64,000 nucleotides of DNA, taken from assembly GCA_946965045.2 (NCBI GenBank), contig OX337234.1:1426001-1490000 (forward strand), read 5' to 3'. Made by a program: the position numbers and the translations under genes. Every line of letters begins with the position of its first letter. Within the stretch, counting starts at the first letter, position 1. Origin of the DNA: Epithemia pelagica (Eukaryota > Protista > Bacillariophyta). Below, one piece after another: positions 1 through 12,700 of this stretch. The notes under the pieces were generated by a model that made no database searches, had not been told where the DNA came from, and saw only the letters and a program-made list of their open reading frames with translations.

Positions 1-31
1 TCGATTCTTCTTAGCTCTTCGAGATAGTCTC

Positions 32-178
32 GTTCGAGCGAAGGTTCATGGATAGGAGCCCTAGTACATGTTTTTTTTTGAAAACTTCACCTCTCTCTAT
101 TGTAGAAGAGTCTTGTTCGAGCGAAGCTTCATGGATAGAACATGGTTTTTGAACTTCACCTCTCTCTGTTGTAGAGAA
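32..178. repeat. Imperfect tandem duplication, period ~83 bp
   Basis: GTTCGAGCGAAG(G/C)TTCATGGATAG...ACTTCACCTCTCTCT(A/G)TTGTAGA occurs at 32-110 and 115-178. Confidence 0.8.
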
Positions 179-331
179 GTAAGTAACAGCTAGAGGGTCA
201 GTTGTACCCTATCTTACAGCATTCTCCACTTTATTTTTAGCCCCCAATGCCTCTCTGGGACAGGCCAGTAGTGTATGTCGTATAAAATAGGAGTTCTCTG
301 GTGTGTGGGAACAATGCCCTTGATTGTTTCT

Positions 332-1708
332 CTAAAAACATGCACCACGTTTGCAGGCCCCTTGTCGTCGTCGTGGACCAAAGTCCCCCCATTCCGCCAG
401 TTTGCGGACATACAAATACAAGTCTCCCTCCAGTTGGTGCAACTGGCAGGCTTGAGAGAGGCGATGTAATATTCGAGGGACCAACAATCGCAAGGGTACG
501 CCGAGGTTTGGACCTACCCGGTCTGCGGCTCGTCGAGACTCGTTCTCCGCCAGGCGCAATTGCCAAAACTGATTGAATCCACGGTGAGCTGCACCCAAGT
601 AATGTTGCACTCGTTGATCCAATGTGCTGTGGTAGGGCTTGCCAGCAGCCATTCGTTTCTCCTGAAGGGCCAAAGGGTACAGGGAAGGAACTGTCCTTTC
701 AGCACGGGTACGATAGTTCAGTTCCAAAACTTTTAAGGTAGAATTGTTTTGCAAAGACATGACTATTCTCTCGACCAGTTTATCACATTCTTGTTCCGTA
801 GCATCGTTACCAAAATAGAATGTGTCTCCAAATTTCTTCTGGAGATACAACATTTCCAGATTCAGACCGGGTAGAGATGGAACAAGAACTGTCTCAATTC
901 CATGGAGAGTAAACTTGTTGCCATCGAGATCTAAAACCCTGAGAGTTTGGTTCTCTTGCAATGCCGTCAAAAGAGTGGCCATGCCACTATCATTTAGATC
1001 ACAGTCGTCCATTGAAAGTTCCCTGAGTGTTTTGTTTGCGACAAGTGATTCGGCAAGTCTTGAGTACACAACCGGATTGCCCACGTGGGGGTTACGAGAT
1101 AGATGCAAATTCTCCACACTTTTATTCTCAGCAAGTCCTTGTGCAAGGCCAAGTTAGCCATTTGGACGAATATGTTCCTCGACAAGGCTAACGTTGCACA
1201 AGGATGGCATGCCAACAAAAATGTCAAACAGAGATTCCTTGACACCATCTCCTTCATTCCCACATGGTCTTGACAAAGTGCCATTTGTCAAAGCCAGTGT
1301 TTCTAAACTTTTCTTTGTGCATGAGATAGTCGAAAGGATGCGTAAGAGATCACAGGGGAAACCAAAAGGGGTCCTGGATGCTACGCAGTCTATTGCAAGC
1401 GATTTGAGCCGAAATTTTCCCTCTGAGAGTATTCGAAAGAACACATTGGATCCTTCTGCCGTCACTGTAGGGCGATAGAAATCAATTCGCTCCAAGACTG
1501 TGTTATGCTGCAATGCATGGTAGAGCTGGGTCATTTCGGGTCCTCGTGCATCGAGATGATCTGCCCATACGTGCTTCTGCGAGGGATCGTTTTGTTCCAG
1601 TTTTGCCAGCACTCCTATCGAGAATGTCGAGAAATGATAGAATCGCTCTCGTTGGATGGAATCGTCATCCTCAGCGCTACTGTCGCTATCACTGGCTAAG
1701 CCTGACAT
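332..1708 (-). pseudogene. RNI-like leucine-rich-repeat gene with an in-frame TAA at 1156-1154
   Basis: ORFs 1154..1708 and 332..1117 are in the same frame. The LRR pattern runs through the stop (HIRPNG*LGLAQGLAENKSVENLHLSRN), with further repeats such as NKTLRELSMDDCDL and NQTLRVLDLDGNKF. Confidence 0.7.
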
Positions 1709-2051
1709 TTGGACTTGGAACTTCTAACAAAACTGATGCGATGTGGTGATGATGGATGATACAAAACAGGGATGCCCTCCACAAAACAACACTGCCATTT
1801 GCCATTGTGTCAGGAGTTGTGGCGGAATCCGGAATGAAGTTTTGATCGCATATTTCAACGCGACCTGAAAGCGAATGGACCAGGATTCTTCGTTATGGCC
1901 ACTGCAACCATCACACCCAACCGCGGACTTGCAGAGCATCTCATCATACAATCCCAACGAAGCTCAACAGCATTGACAAAGGCGGGACGAAACTCGGCTT
2001 GAGATTTATTTCCTCCTTGTGGGAATTGGGAATCATTGAAGCGCAAAATAG

Positions 2052-2226
2052 AGTTGCCCATCCAGTCCAGTCGTCAATCGTTTGGTGTGTCCCAAATGCA
2101 TTCAATTGGGAATTCATCCACCCGCCTATTTTCGTGGACAAGAGTGTTTTCAAAGCCAATTATGCACAACACAAACAAGTCCATGTCTTGGCCAACGACA
2201 AAGAGAGACTGCAGAAAGTACTGTAG
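2052..2226 (+). pseudogene. Remnant of a MetAP1-type N-terminal zf-C6H2 zinc finger
   Basis: Removing one T at 2147-2150 gives NRLVCPKCIQLGIHPPAYFRGQECFKANYAQHKQVHVLA, matching the MetAP1 finger CPxCxxLG...FCxxxCFK.....HK..H. One Cys is now Arg, stops flank it, and no catalytic domain follows. Confidence 0.65.
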
Positions 2227-2485
2227 GAATAGAGGGTGCCACAAATCTATCACTGGGCACATCACTCTACTCTAGAGAGAAAAGCAATTTGGATGGTCGA
2301 ACAAACGGTTTGTGGTGGATCGCTCAAACCTTTAGTGCCACTTGTGTACACAAAATGACAATCGACAGACATCCCCAACGCAAGCCACCACCGTTCTCCA
2401 ACCGTGATGGTGGTCATCGTCGTCTCGAGAGTTCCTGGCCGTGTGTGTCTCTTGCACCCACCACACGACAGACTACTACAAATGA

Positions 2486-3717
2486 TTACGACAAGGCAAA
2501 GGGTTCGGCATCGGTAAAGGGAATGAATTCTCCTTCGGCGTACACTCCATGATAGACTTTGAGATCGCGCAATTGCACTTGACCCATACCCCTTCCAAAC
2601 AAACTGTTGGTACCATCGGGAAACCTAAATACAGAAAAGAGGAGTCATTTCGTCGTGGTGGTTCGACCCAACAGTTATACGAGACACACAACACAAGATG
2701 CAAAAAGGGGGTGAGTGTTGACTGCCTGTGTGGTTCCGGTCTAGTGTTCCTGGCGTCTCGATCGACGAGGAGCGAAAACCAACCTACCGTTCATAGTACG
2801 ATCCCAGTTTCGACCGGGCCACCTTGGGATTGCCCTTGGCCAAGGGAATCACGAGAGAGTCCGAACCAAAGGAGGGACCAGATTCCGGATAATCCCTACA
2901 AACCAAACCAACACAAGTAGGTAGTATCAATCCAACAAAACCACATGATAAGCTTTTCATTCCACTTGCCTTAGATTCTTCCATCGACCAATATTCGACC
3001 GTGTACGTACCACTGTGCCAGTCCGGCCCCACCGACTTTGCGCAACTTGGTAAAGCCACCCCCAAAGGGCTTTTGGACAAACAAAAAGGCGGCAATTGAC
3101 CCTCGTGCTTCACCGTATCCGACCCATCCTTTGGGATTGTATCCCCCACACACCAAACCCAATTGTGTCGTACACACGACCAAGGCTCCACCCTTGCGAT
3201 CGACGGCTTGATGAAACTTGGTAGCATCCCAGCCGTCCTTATTGGCACTGTACGTTAATTGCAAGTCCCGAAACTCAAGGTTGGTATTTTTGAGCAAGGG
3301 TCGAAGGACGGCCACATCCCTCGAGTCCAAGTCCAAGGGAGCGGCCCATTCATCGACGGTCGCGGGGTATTGTTCGGGAAAGCGGTCCTTGCCAAACCGT
3401 TTCAGACCAAAGGGTTCTTCTTCGGGTTTGCCAAAAAAGAAGGAAAAGATTTTTTCCACCGGGTCTTGATCTTCTTCTTCTTCGGCTGGTTTGGCTTCCT
3501 CTGGTTTGGCTTCTTCTTCTTCGGTGGGTTTGCCACCAAAGTTGAAAAATCCCAATTGTGTGCGAGTCGTAGTAGTAAATGGTGGAGAGGACGCAACGGT
3601 CGTCGTTGTCCGGATGCGACTCCCATGGTCGTTATGGTGGTGGAGTGGAACGAATCCCTGCACCACACCAAGAACGGTCCACCCTGCCGTCAAACTGAAT
3701 AAGAATTCCTTCTTCAT
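2486..3717 (-). CDS. TLDc-domain protein, probably plastid-targeted; 3 exons (3717-3011, 2895-2788, 2624-2486)
   Basis: TLDc motifs GWDATKFHQAVD, GGYNPKGWVG and GPSFGSDSLVIPL. GT-AG introns 3010-2896 and 2787-2625 restore the frame. Signal peptide ends VQG-F. Confidence 0.85.
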
Positions 3718-4347
3718 GGTATCCCTTGTTGTTGTCGTTGCACAGTTCCGTTCGACAAGCACAAGCAGGTCGTCCAACTTGATGTTGACCACCAGGATCT
3801 CTGTTCAGAAGAGGGGACAATGTCACGCAACCACTCGGCAGTCGCGGGAGCGCCGCCATGCTCATTTTTTCTCGTCGTCTCACAAAAGACACCATGGTTC
3901 GCTGCGCGCGAGAGAGCAGAGACACCAGGTGTGTGAGAGTCATTAGAGGCGATGGTGGACCAATCAAAAGCATGGAATCTTCCAAAAATTTCGATTCCGT
4001 GTCCACTCCATTTACACCTCAGATTCAATATAGAGAAAACGTATTACAGTAACGAATAACTATATGTTACTAAAAGATGAGTAGTATATGAGACCCAGGA
4101 TCCGACGCAATTTTTTGTGCCACGCGAAACTACGACGACGAGAAGTTGTAGACTTTTCCTCATCTTCAATCCAGAATCATCATCATTCGCTCCGTCCTGT
4201 ATTGTAACGAAAAAGCGTTCTCATTCCCTTCGAGGACATTGTGTGATTCTACTCCGTGACCCTCCTCCCATCGTTCTCTAGACTACACTGGCGCCGGATC
4301 TACCCTCGCCCCTCTCTACATATCAATTGCATCCGATCCATCTCACC

Positions 4348-4923
4348 ATGACGGCAGCAGCACAAGTCCACGAGATACCGGAACAAGCTCCCGACGTTCT
4401 CAAACCAGGTGCTTCCACGCCCTTTGCTCAATGGTTTCGCTGTTGTCTTCCCAAGGAAACAACCGACGACGTTGCCCCTCTGAAAACAAGAAAACGTCAC
4501 ATTACCTTTGACGATGAAGTACAACCACAAGAACTCAAATCCAAAGGTGAGCGGGTGGTTGTCGTCGTTTTTATCGTCGTATTCGGTCGTTGGCACTTTG
4601 GTCCCTCTGCACAAAAGAGTCTGGTTCTCACTTGAGTGTTTGTTCCTTGTCGAATCTCCATGATGCTTCTTCTCCTTCCCAACGACGTTGTAGAAGTGAC
4701 AGTCTCCAAGACGGACACGGAGACCATGGAGCAAATCCCGGACCTGGATGACCCGACCGCAACCGAAGCCGCTCCCCTTCCAACAGCAGGATCTCCTCGG
4801 AATCATCAGCAAAACTTGGTGACCGAGTTCTGGAACCTTATCTTCCAAATGTTTTTCCTTCATTGGGTACAAGAAAATCAAAGAAATAGCAAACGCATCA
4901 AGAGTCAGACCGACAGTGCCTAG
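4348..4923 (+). CDS. Hypothetical protein, 2 exons (intron ~4547-4693)
   Basis: ORFs 4327..4635 and 4636..4923 are joinable by AAAG|GTGAGC...TTGTAG|AAGTG; no recognisable domain. Confidence 0.45.
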
Positions 4924-5303
4924 GTACTAAACTGGGTCATGGACACTTAAGTCCAGGATAGAGGAACAGGGAACCCAGGAACCCTAACAATATCATATTT
5001 GGAAAAACTTTAACATGTACGGGAAGCAGAGGAAAGATAATACCGTCCCTTTTTGCTGTTACGAGGTAGTCCTTACTTGGGGTTGGTGTTAATTCTTTTG
5101 TTGATTCATAGATGAATAATTATTTTGACAAACACCAAGTAGGGGAATTCGACGTAAAGAAGGGGACTTGTCTTGCTTGTATCCCATCTTTTGTGATGGT
5201 GGGTGTCCGTTCAGAGGGAAATTCGTCCGGTTTTGCATGACCACGAATGAGTTCTTTCGTACCGAGTCGCGCAATCCCCACCAGTGCATTCTATATGTCG
5301 TAT

Positions 5304-6968
5304 TTACATGTTGCCCGCAAAGTTGGCACGATCTGTATTTGCACCATCGTTTCCGGAAGCATTCGTTTCGCCATTGCTTTGTTTTCGTTTTCTCGACACC
5401 GTCGATAAATTGGTGATGGGCCACTTACTTGTGACCTTGATCCGGTTCGAAAAGAACTCCACGCCTGCATCACCCGTGATATCCATATCGCCATATTTGC
5501 TTTGAGTGCCGTACAACCCTCCAAACGAAAAAGGTTCACGTGGAACTGCGAAAGAGACAAGATGACCGTCAAGAAACCGTGATGAGCTCATGTCACAAAA
5601 CTATATGGTGGCCTGACAACTTTCAGGGATGACATACCTGGAATACCAATGTTCACACCCAGCATGGCAGCACGGAATTTGGCCAGGAACCAATCGGCAT
5701 GGCCTCCATTCGTCGTGTAGATGGATGCTGCATTGCCAAAAGGATTGGAATTCTCAATTTCAATCGCTTCTTCCCAACTGGAGCACTTGTACACAGACAA
5801 GACAGGTCCAAAGACTTCCTCACGCATAGTCTTATCATGAGGAGAGGAATGAAATAAGATGGTGGGACCAATCCAGTTCCCACCGGTCTGGTCATCTTTT
5901 CTTCGTTTCCACGACCGGCCATCCAACAACACTTTGGCGCCATCCTTTTCGGCAAGTTCAATGTACGAAAGGATTTTGGTATAGGAAGCATCGTCAACCA
6001 CCGGTCCCATTTGTCCTGGGTTTGTACCTGGCTGAATTGCGCCTGCCTTTTCTACAAGCTTGTCCAACAATTCTGTTTGCACACTGTCGTCATTTCCTAC
6101 AAGCAAAAGCACAGAAGCGGCCATACATCGTTGACCTGCACAACCCGCAAAGCTGACGCATATGTCCGATGCGGCTCCCTCAACTTCGCATTCATCTAAC
6201 AAGGCCACCAAATGATTTTTGGCACCTCCCAGCGCCGTGCACCGCTTGTGAAGGCCTCGACAGGTTGTGGCCACAATTTTGGCAACAGGGCTTGATCCAA
6301 CAAATGTGACCGCTTGAATATCCTGGTGAGCCATTATGGCTTGAACGGCGTCTTTTGTACCTTGAACCATATTGAACACTCCATCCGGAAATCCAGCTTC
6401 TTTCATGAGACCAGCCACTCGATGCATGGTCAATGGAACCTTTTCGCTCGGCTTAAGAACGACGGTATTTCCCATGACTAACGCAATGGGCAACGTCCAC
6501 ATTGGGACCATAAAAGGGAAATTGAAGGGAACAATCGACGCCACCACTCCTAAGGGTACCCGTCGATCTTGACATGCCACTTGTCCCAACTTGCAAACAC
6601 TTGCCTTGCGCCACTTGTGGAAGACTGCAGGCATATTCGACCGTTTCATTCCCCTTGGCCACATCCGCCAAGGCCTCGGTCATGTTTTTCCCATTTTCTA
6701 TCACAATCAGTCGAGCCAACTCTTCTGCATGTTCATTCACGAGTGCATGAAAACGAAGCATAATAGCTGCTCGAGCTTTCATGGTCATGGAAGACCAACC
6801 CAAAAAGGCAGCAGAGGCCGCCTTGACGGCGTTGTTCACGTCGGATGCATCCGACAAGCCCACTTGACCAATCACACTCCCATCGGTCGGGTTTCGCACA
6901 TCTATGTACTCTTTTGAAGAAGGAGATTCAAACGACCCTGCAATATAGTTGTCAATTACTTGCACCAT
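5304..6968 (-). CDS. ALDH6A1: Methylmalonate-semialdehyde dehydrogenase (ALDH6 family); frameshift at ~6585-6587, intron 5637 to ~5546
   Basis: Motifs PLGVVASIVPFNFP, LKPSEKVP, GGAKNH, FAGCAGQRCMA, EEVFGPVL, GVNIGIP|VPREPFSFGG. The N-terminal and main parts lie in different frames. Confidence 0.85.
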
Positions 6969-7680
6969 GATGCTGATTCGTCTTCGTGATGGTCAGGAGT
7001 CATGACAGCAATGAGGGTGGAGCAGATTTGTGAGGAGGATGTCACGCAATTGGATTAGATAAGGACTCTTATCTACTCTTTACTGCTATAGATGGTCAAC
7101 ATAATTCTACTACGACATACAACCCATATTTGTAAGTGTAATATATCAGTGACAACCAAAAACATATTCAAACCACAATCGCTGAGGATTCGATTACACT
7201 GACGCAATGAGTCTCCATTCTGTACTGATTGATGCCTAAACTTTTAGATAGTCGATCAACAATCAAGAGTGCTTGCGCAACCGAAAGTGCGTGAGGTCAA
7301 ACAGAAAGACCAGAAGCGACACAAAGAAACCAACAGCCAGAAAAAGGCCGTTCTGAATCCGGCCGCTGCTTGTTGATCTGGAGTTCAGTGTTGGCATTCA
7401 GTTGTTGTATTTGTGAAGTTTACAAATCATTGTAGTGTGATCTTTCGTTTGTTGGCCAATCTCCTGGGGAAACAACAACGATTCCTTCCATTTCGGCTTG
7501 GTAGGGGGAACCAATAGCAGTCGTGCGCAGAATTGGTACAAAGTCTTCGTATCACGCACCACCAGAATTTCCTTTTGAGCCTCTCGCCTCCCTTTTCCAA
7601 TCTTTTTTACCTTTTCGGCTCCATTTCCACGAACGTCTATTCCATTGAAAACGAGTATGGCCTCCCACAATGATACGACA

Positions 7681-8629
7681 ATGAACAAAGCTGAATTACC
7701 AGGCGCAGCCGCATCTCGTGACTCGCTCACGTCTGCGCGAGAGGAGTTTATGCAAACCGTTCGGCATACAATCCATCGTGTGATGAAAGAGAATGGTTAC
7801 AATCGCGACAGAGCCACCAACTTGATCCTCGGTCAAGTCGGCGAAACCATCCCACAACAGTGCGAGGATGAGGTACGTTTGAATTTATTGGGCGTCCACT
7901 ACTAGCATATCTTAGCGTTGGTTTGGTTCCATGTTGGCACAGTTCGTTTGTTTTCGACTTTTTTTCTTACGGTGTTTGCTTCTTTTGCAGTTGAACTCCG
8001 TAAAGCAACAATATCATCTTACACACCAACAAGCTGCACGTGCGTTTGGAATTTCTCGAGCGTTCACGAAGCTGATCAAAGGGGTTGATAACATGTCACA
8101 TTTGGAAGCTGTCAAATGTCTTACCGAAAAGCTTTCCAACGCCACATTTGTAAACGCTGGTGATGTGGAACCAAGAGCCCCTGCACCATCTGCTTCGTCG
8201 GAAAATACAACAACAACAAGGAAAATGTCCGAGATTCATCTTCCGGAAATTTCGAAACACTGTCCACCATCCTTGTCGGAGCGTAGACCAAAATCTCCTT
8301 CCAAGAGGAGCAAATCGATATCAGGTTGCACCAAGACCAACAAAAACAAGCAGTCTACGTCCAAGATGATGCGAAAGCGCAATCTGGACGAAATAGGAAC
8401 CGCGAATACACAGCAGTCTACCACCAAACAGGAACCGAACGGATCTATCGAAACACGCCACCGCTCGGATTCTGTGTCGGAAGCTGTCTCTGCCAAAATA
8501 CAGAAACAAGATCCTTCCATGATGAATGGAGAAAAACAAAGCTCAAGAGCCAAGCGTCGATCAACCGGTAGTTTGGATGATTCTGACGCTGGACCGGTGG
8601 TGAAGCGCGGACGGGCTACAACGGCATGA
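7681..8629 (+). CDS. Hypothetical protein, 2 exons (intron 7873-7990)
   Basis: GAG|GTACGT...TTGCAG|TTG joins the two ORFs in frame; basic, low-complexity C-terminus. Confidence 0.55.
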
Positions 8630-9718
8630 AGTAGCAGCCAGGAGACAAGCACGGGAAGTGCACCTCTGGCTGCAATTTTGTTTGTTCACTGCCGTGAAAT
8701 CCTGCACATGCGCTTCGTTGTTGATTGAGGTATTGAAGACTCCCGCAAAGCAAGAAGCGTGTCCTCAAGACTCATCATATTCGAACTGTAGTGATTGTGA
8801 TGCGATAATCATTAGTGTATAAACTCAATAAAGATCTTCCATATTCATTCCTGTACCTAACGGATGTTTTATCAAAGTTATTTTCTGTCCATAGGACAAC
8901 ACGATTTATATTTCTTGGTCCTGAGCATTCAACGTTACTTCATCCCAAGAAAACCTCTAAACGGAATCTAAAAGCTCAAAAGGTCTCCCAATGAGACAAA
9001 GGTATATGGAGCGTCTAGAGTAGGCACTTCTGAAAGGAGGCCTCTTCCCACACTCCAATATGGGAGAGTAGTTGCATTCCGTCTTCCAGAATAGTCTTTC
9101 ATCTCTACCTACTCCTATGTCTATGCCGTTTACCGCCACCCAATACCCAATACGCACTTCTATTCTTGGTAAGCGAGACCGAGACATGTCTGAGTGATGT
9201 CCTCACGTTCGTGAAGTGATAGGATGACGCAATCATAAGTGTACTGACATCAACTGACACCTGTCATCTACCATGTCTAAGCTTCAGCGTCAAAGAAATG
9301 GTCGAGTCAATGTTTGATCGAAATAATAATATCATTTTACCGCTGAAGATTGATAGGTTCTGTTATTCGCCTTCTGCTCTCCGGGTCCACGGTTGGACCT
9401 GACTCACTCACGTCCTTCTTCGCAGCCCTTGTTGACCTTATCCAATCCTCAATCGCTGTTGTACTTGCCGATCTTGGCATGGGTGCAAACCGATTGCTGC
9501 TTGCTTGTTCCATCACAGACCTGGCACTTGCTTCACCTGGGAAAGAGGAGTCAGGAAACGCGCCAAACTACCAACAAAATCAACGGTGACTGTTACAAGT
9601 TGCTGTCCAGCACATCCTTTCTATACACGCAATAATCCACAGTAAAGGCAAGCCTTGACGTTCTTTTGTACGACCGTTGCTTCCCTTTATCGTCGTACAA
9701 GCTACACACACAATCGTG

Positions 9719-12700
9719 ATGGGTCTCTCCAAAACGACGCTTCTGCTTCTTCTTCATGTGGACCTTGTACAATCCTATATGACGGGTTTATCTCGGAGAC
9801 CCCAATCGTATCGTACCAGAACAGGACGAATACTTCAAGTGTCTTCGTCTCTTCCCGAACCAACCTTTTCATCCTCTCCCGATGAGGGCTTGCGCGAGGC
9901 CATGTCCAACATTACGGCATCCTATATTGATTACATGTCGATGGATGACGATGCCGAAGACCAAGCGGCTGCTCAAAGACTGGATCGGAGAGTCTCATCC
10001 TTGGTGCCCGACAGTGTATTTCGAGTGCAGTTCGCCATGGACACACCCCTGGGAGTGACTCTTGTCCAAGTCAACAAGGGAAGGAAGCTTGTCAACAGCA
10101 AGCTCGACTTGGATGGAGTCGTTGGGGGAGTGTCCGCGGCGGCAGCCTCTTCTACCACAAACGGGGACCGCAGGGTCGAGCGACAACGAATGGATTGGCC
10201 GACCGTGGCTAGTCGCTTGGATATGGACTTTAAGGGACTTTTGGTCTCGTCAGTCGTAAAAGGCAGTGCCGCCTGGGAAATGGGAGTCCGAGCAGGAGAT
10301 CGAGTGACGGCCGTATCGGCCACGTTGGGCGGTGCTCTCTGGCCGACCTCCACATTGGATGGCATTCAATCGTCCTTGCAAGGTCGGAAATATACCTCCG
10401 ACTATTGCTCCCTGGAATTTAGTCGGTCGGATAGCATGGCATTGGAAAATGTCTACCAACTGCGTTTGCAACGACCATTGGGAATCGAAGTCCAAGAAAC
10501 AGCGGACGGCGCCGTCGTGGTGACGGGGTTTCGCGAGTCGGCGCCCACCCTGGTCCGTCGTGCGGTACTGCCGGGAGACCGGATTGTGGCAGTCGATTCG
10601 TCCTTGGGTGGTGCCCTGTGGCCCGTCACGACTGTGGCCGGTCTCACCTCGGCCATTACCTCACGCTTGCCCGGAGCGCAAATTACCATTCAACTGCAAC
10701 GACCCTTGGAGAACATGCAAAGTCCGGTCGAGTACACGAGTGATTCTCAAGGATTGGCCTCTCCCGCGAGTGCGGCGGCCGTGACTGCAACGGATGTGAC
10801 GACGGATACCACGACGACCCAAGTGTCGTCGGAAAATACCAAGGAATTGATCAAACGGTGTCGCAACGTGTTGGAACGATATTCAGTCAAGTCAGATACT
10901 AGTGGATTCAAGGATAAGTACGATGTCCCGGCCATTGTGGCTGATAAGGTTGTCGATGCCTTGGCCAGTGCTCGTGTCGGATTGGACAGTATGACGCTGT
11001 CCATGATTATGCGGGCCTACTTGAGCTGTAATCAACCAGACAGTGCTCTTCAAGTGTTTGAAGCTGCGGTCGGATTCCGGGCAGATGCCACCTGCTTCAC
11101 GGTGGCCGAATCGTTGATCGGAGGAGACAATGCCGGAGGGTTTGTCCCCAAAGAATCCGCGCTCAACTTGTACACGGGAACGGCTCTTTTGCAAGCCCAC
11201 GCCATGAAGGGAGATTTGTACAGCATTAGTCGTGTATTGGCATCGTTGGAAGGACGCTCTGGAGTCCTTGTCCACGGTCTGGAGTCGGCCCCTTGGCCGT
11301 TCACTGGAGTGTACGGTTCCATTCAACCGGACACTCGGTGTTACAATATTGCCATGTCTGCGGCTACCAAAGTAGGTGGCGCGGAAGGCTTGGACATGGC
11401 GCTCGCATGGTTTGAATCCATGGCCAACTCGGCCCAGAGTAGCACCGAAGACCGAAAACCTGAAAAAGATGTGGTTTCCTATAATACCATCCTTAGTGCC
11501 TTGAGCGCGGCAGGTCGTCCAGTCGAGGCCTTTCGTATCTTTGATCGAATGAAGCAGTCCAAGGTGCGACCAGATAAGTACACATACACTCCGTTGATCA
11601 AGGCATGTCAGAACGATGGAGACATTGAAGAGTTGTTGTATGACATGAAGGAAAATAACATCCAGCCCGATACCGTCACATACAATACCATGATTCGTTC
11701 TCTTTGCGAGAAACGTCGTTGGACTGAAGCGTCCAAACTTGTGACGGAAATGGAATCGCGAGGGGTTGTTCCAGACTCGAGGACTTACGGGAATCTCATG
11801 TCGGCCATGCTGAAAGCAGACAAGCCAACGGCGTGTCTTACCTTGTTTGAGTCGGCATGTGCTTCCAGCAGAACGTCATCGTTAACTGAAAACGTCTATC
11901 TCTACACCACAGCCATTACGGCTGCTTCGGTCTTGGGCGATTCCGAACGAGCCATTGATCTCCTCTCACGCATGTCGAGCAAAGGGGTCAAGCCCAACTT
12001 GAAAACATTGACATCTGTCGCAGGTGCTTGTCTGGCGGGTGGAAAATACGAGTTGGCAGCACAAGTCTACCGAAAGATTGATGCCCCAGATGGATATGCC
12101 ATGTGCCAGGGGATTGAAGCTCTGAGCAAGAATGGAGAATTAAACGAAGCGTTTGAAATTCTTAAAAGCCAAGGCAGACGAAAGGGTCGAATCATGACGG
12201 GAAAGCAAATTATGAGATCCTACGGAACTCTTCTGGTGGAAGCCTTGCGTCTACGGGATTTCCAAACTGCGGAAGACGTGTTTCTCAATCTCATGCGTCA
12301 AGGCAACATCCCCAACAAGCAAATGCTTCAAGATATTGTGCAAGTTTGCGGATTCAAAGATGTTCGAGGATTGATTTCATTTTCTTTGGAACAGGAAGAT
12401 GACAAACTTTCAGTCTTTAGGTTCTTTCTATTTGTTTTGGATGCACTTCGCGCCAGGAGATTACCCGTCGACAGCTACCTTTATTCGGTAACCCTTTTGC
12501 TCGGAAGTATGATTGAAGGCAAGGCTCGTTTTATTGCTTCTCTGTTGGCAAGATCAAAGGTGTCACAAGGGGAGCAGCAATTGCTGGCAGCCACTGTAGG
12601 TCCGTCGGCAAACATGAAGGACCAATCTCTGGCCGAATCGACTTCATCCAATCTTTTCAAGACTTGGGTAGGTATTTGGGACCAGTTTGATTCCCAGACA

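Noticed and set aside
8957-9187. Short ORF as a possible transposon remnant
   Set aside because: No recognisable motif, termini or second copy.
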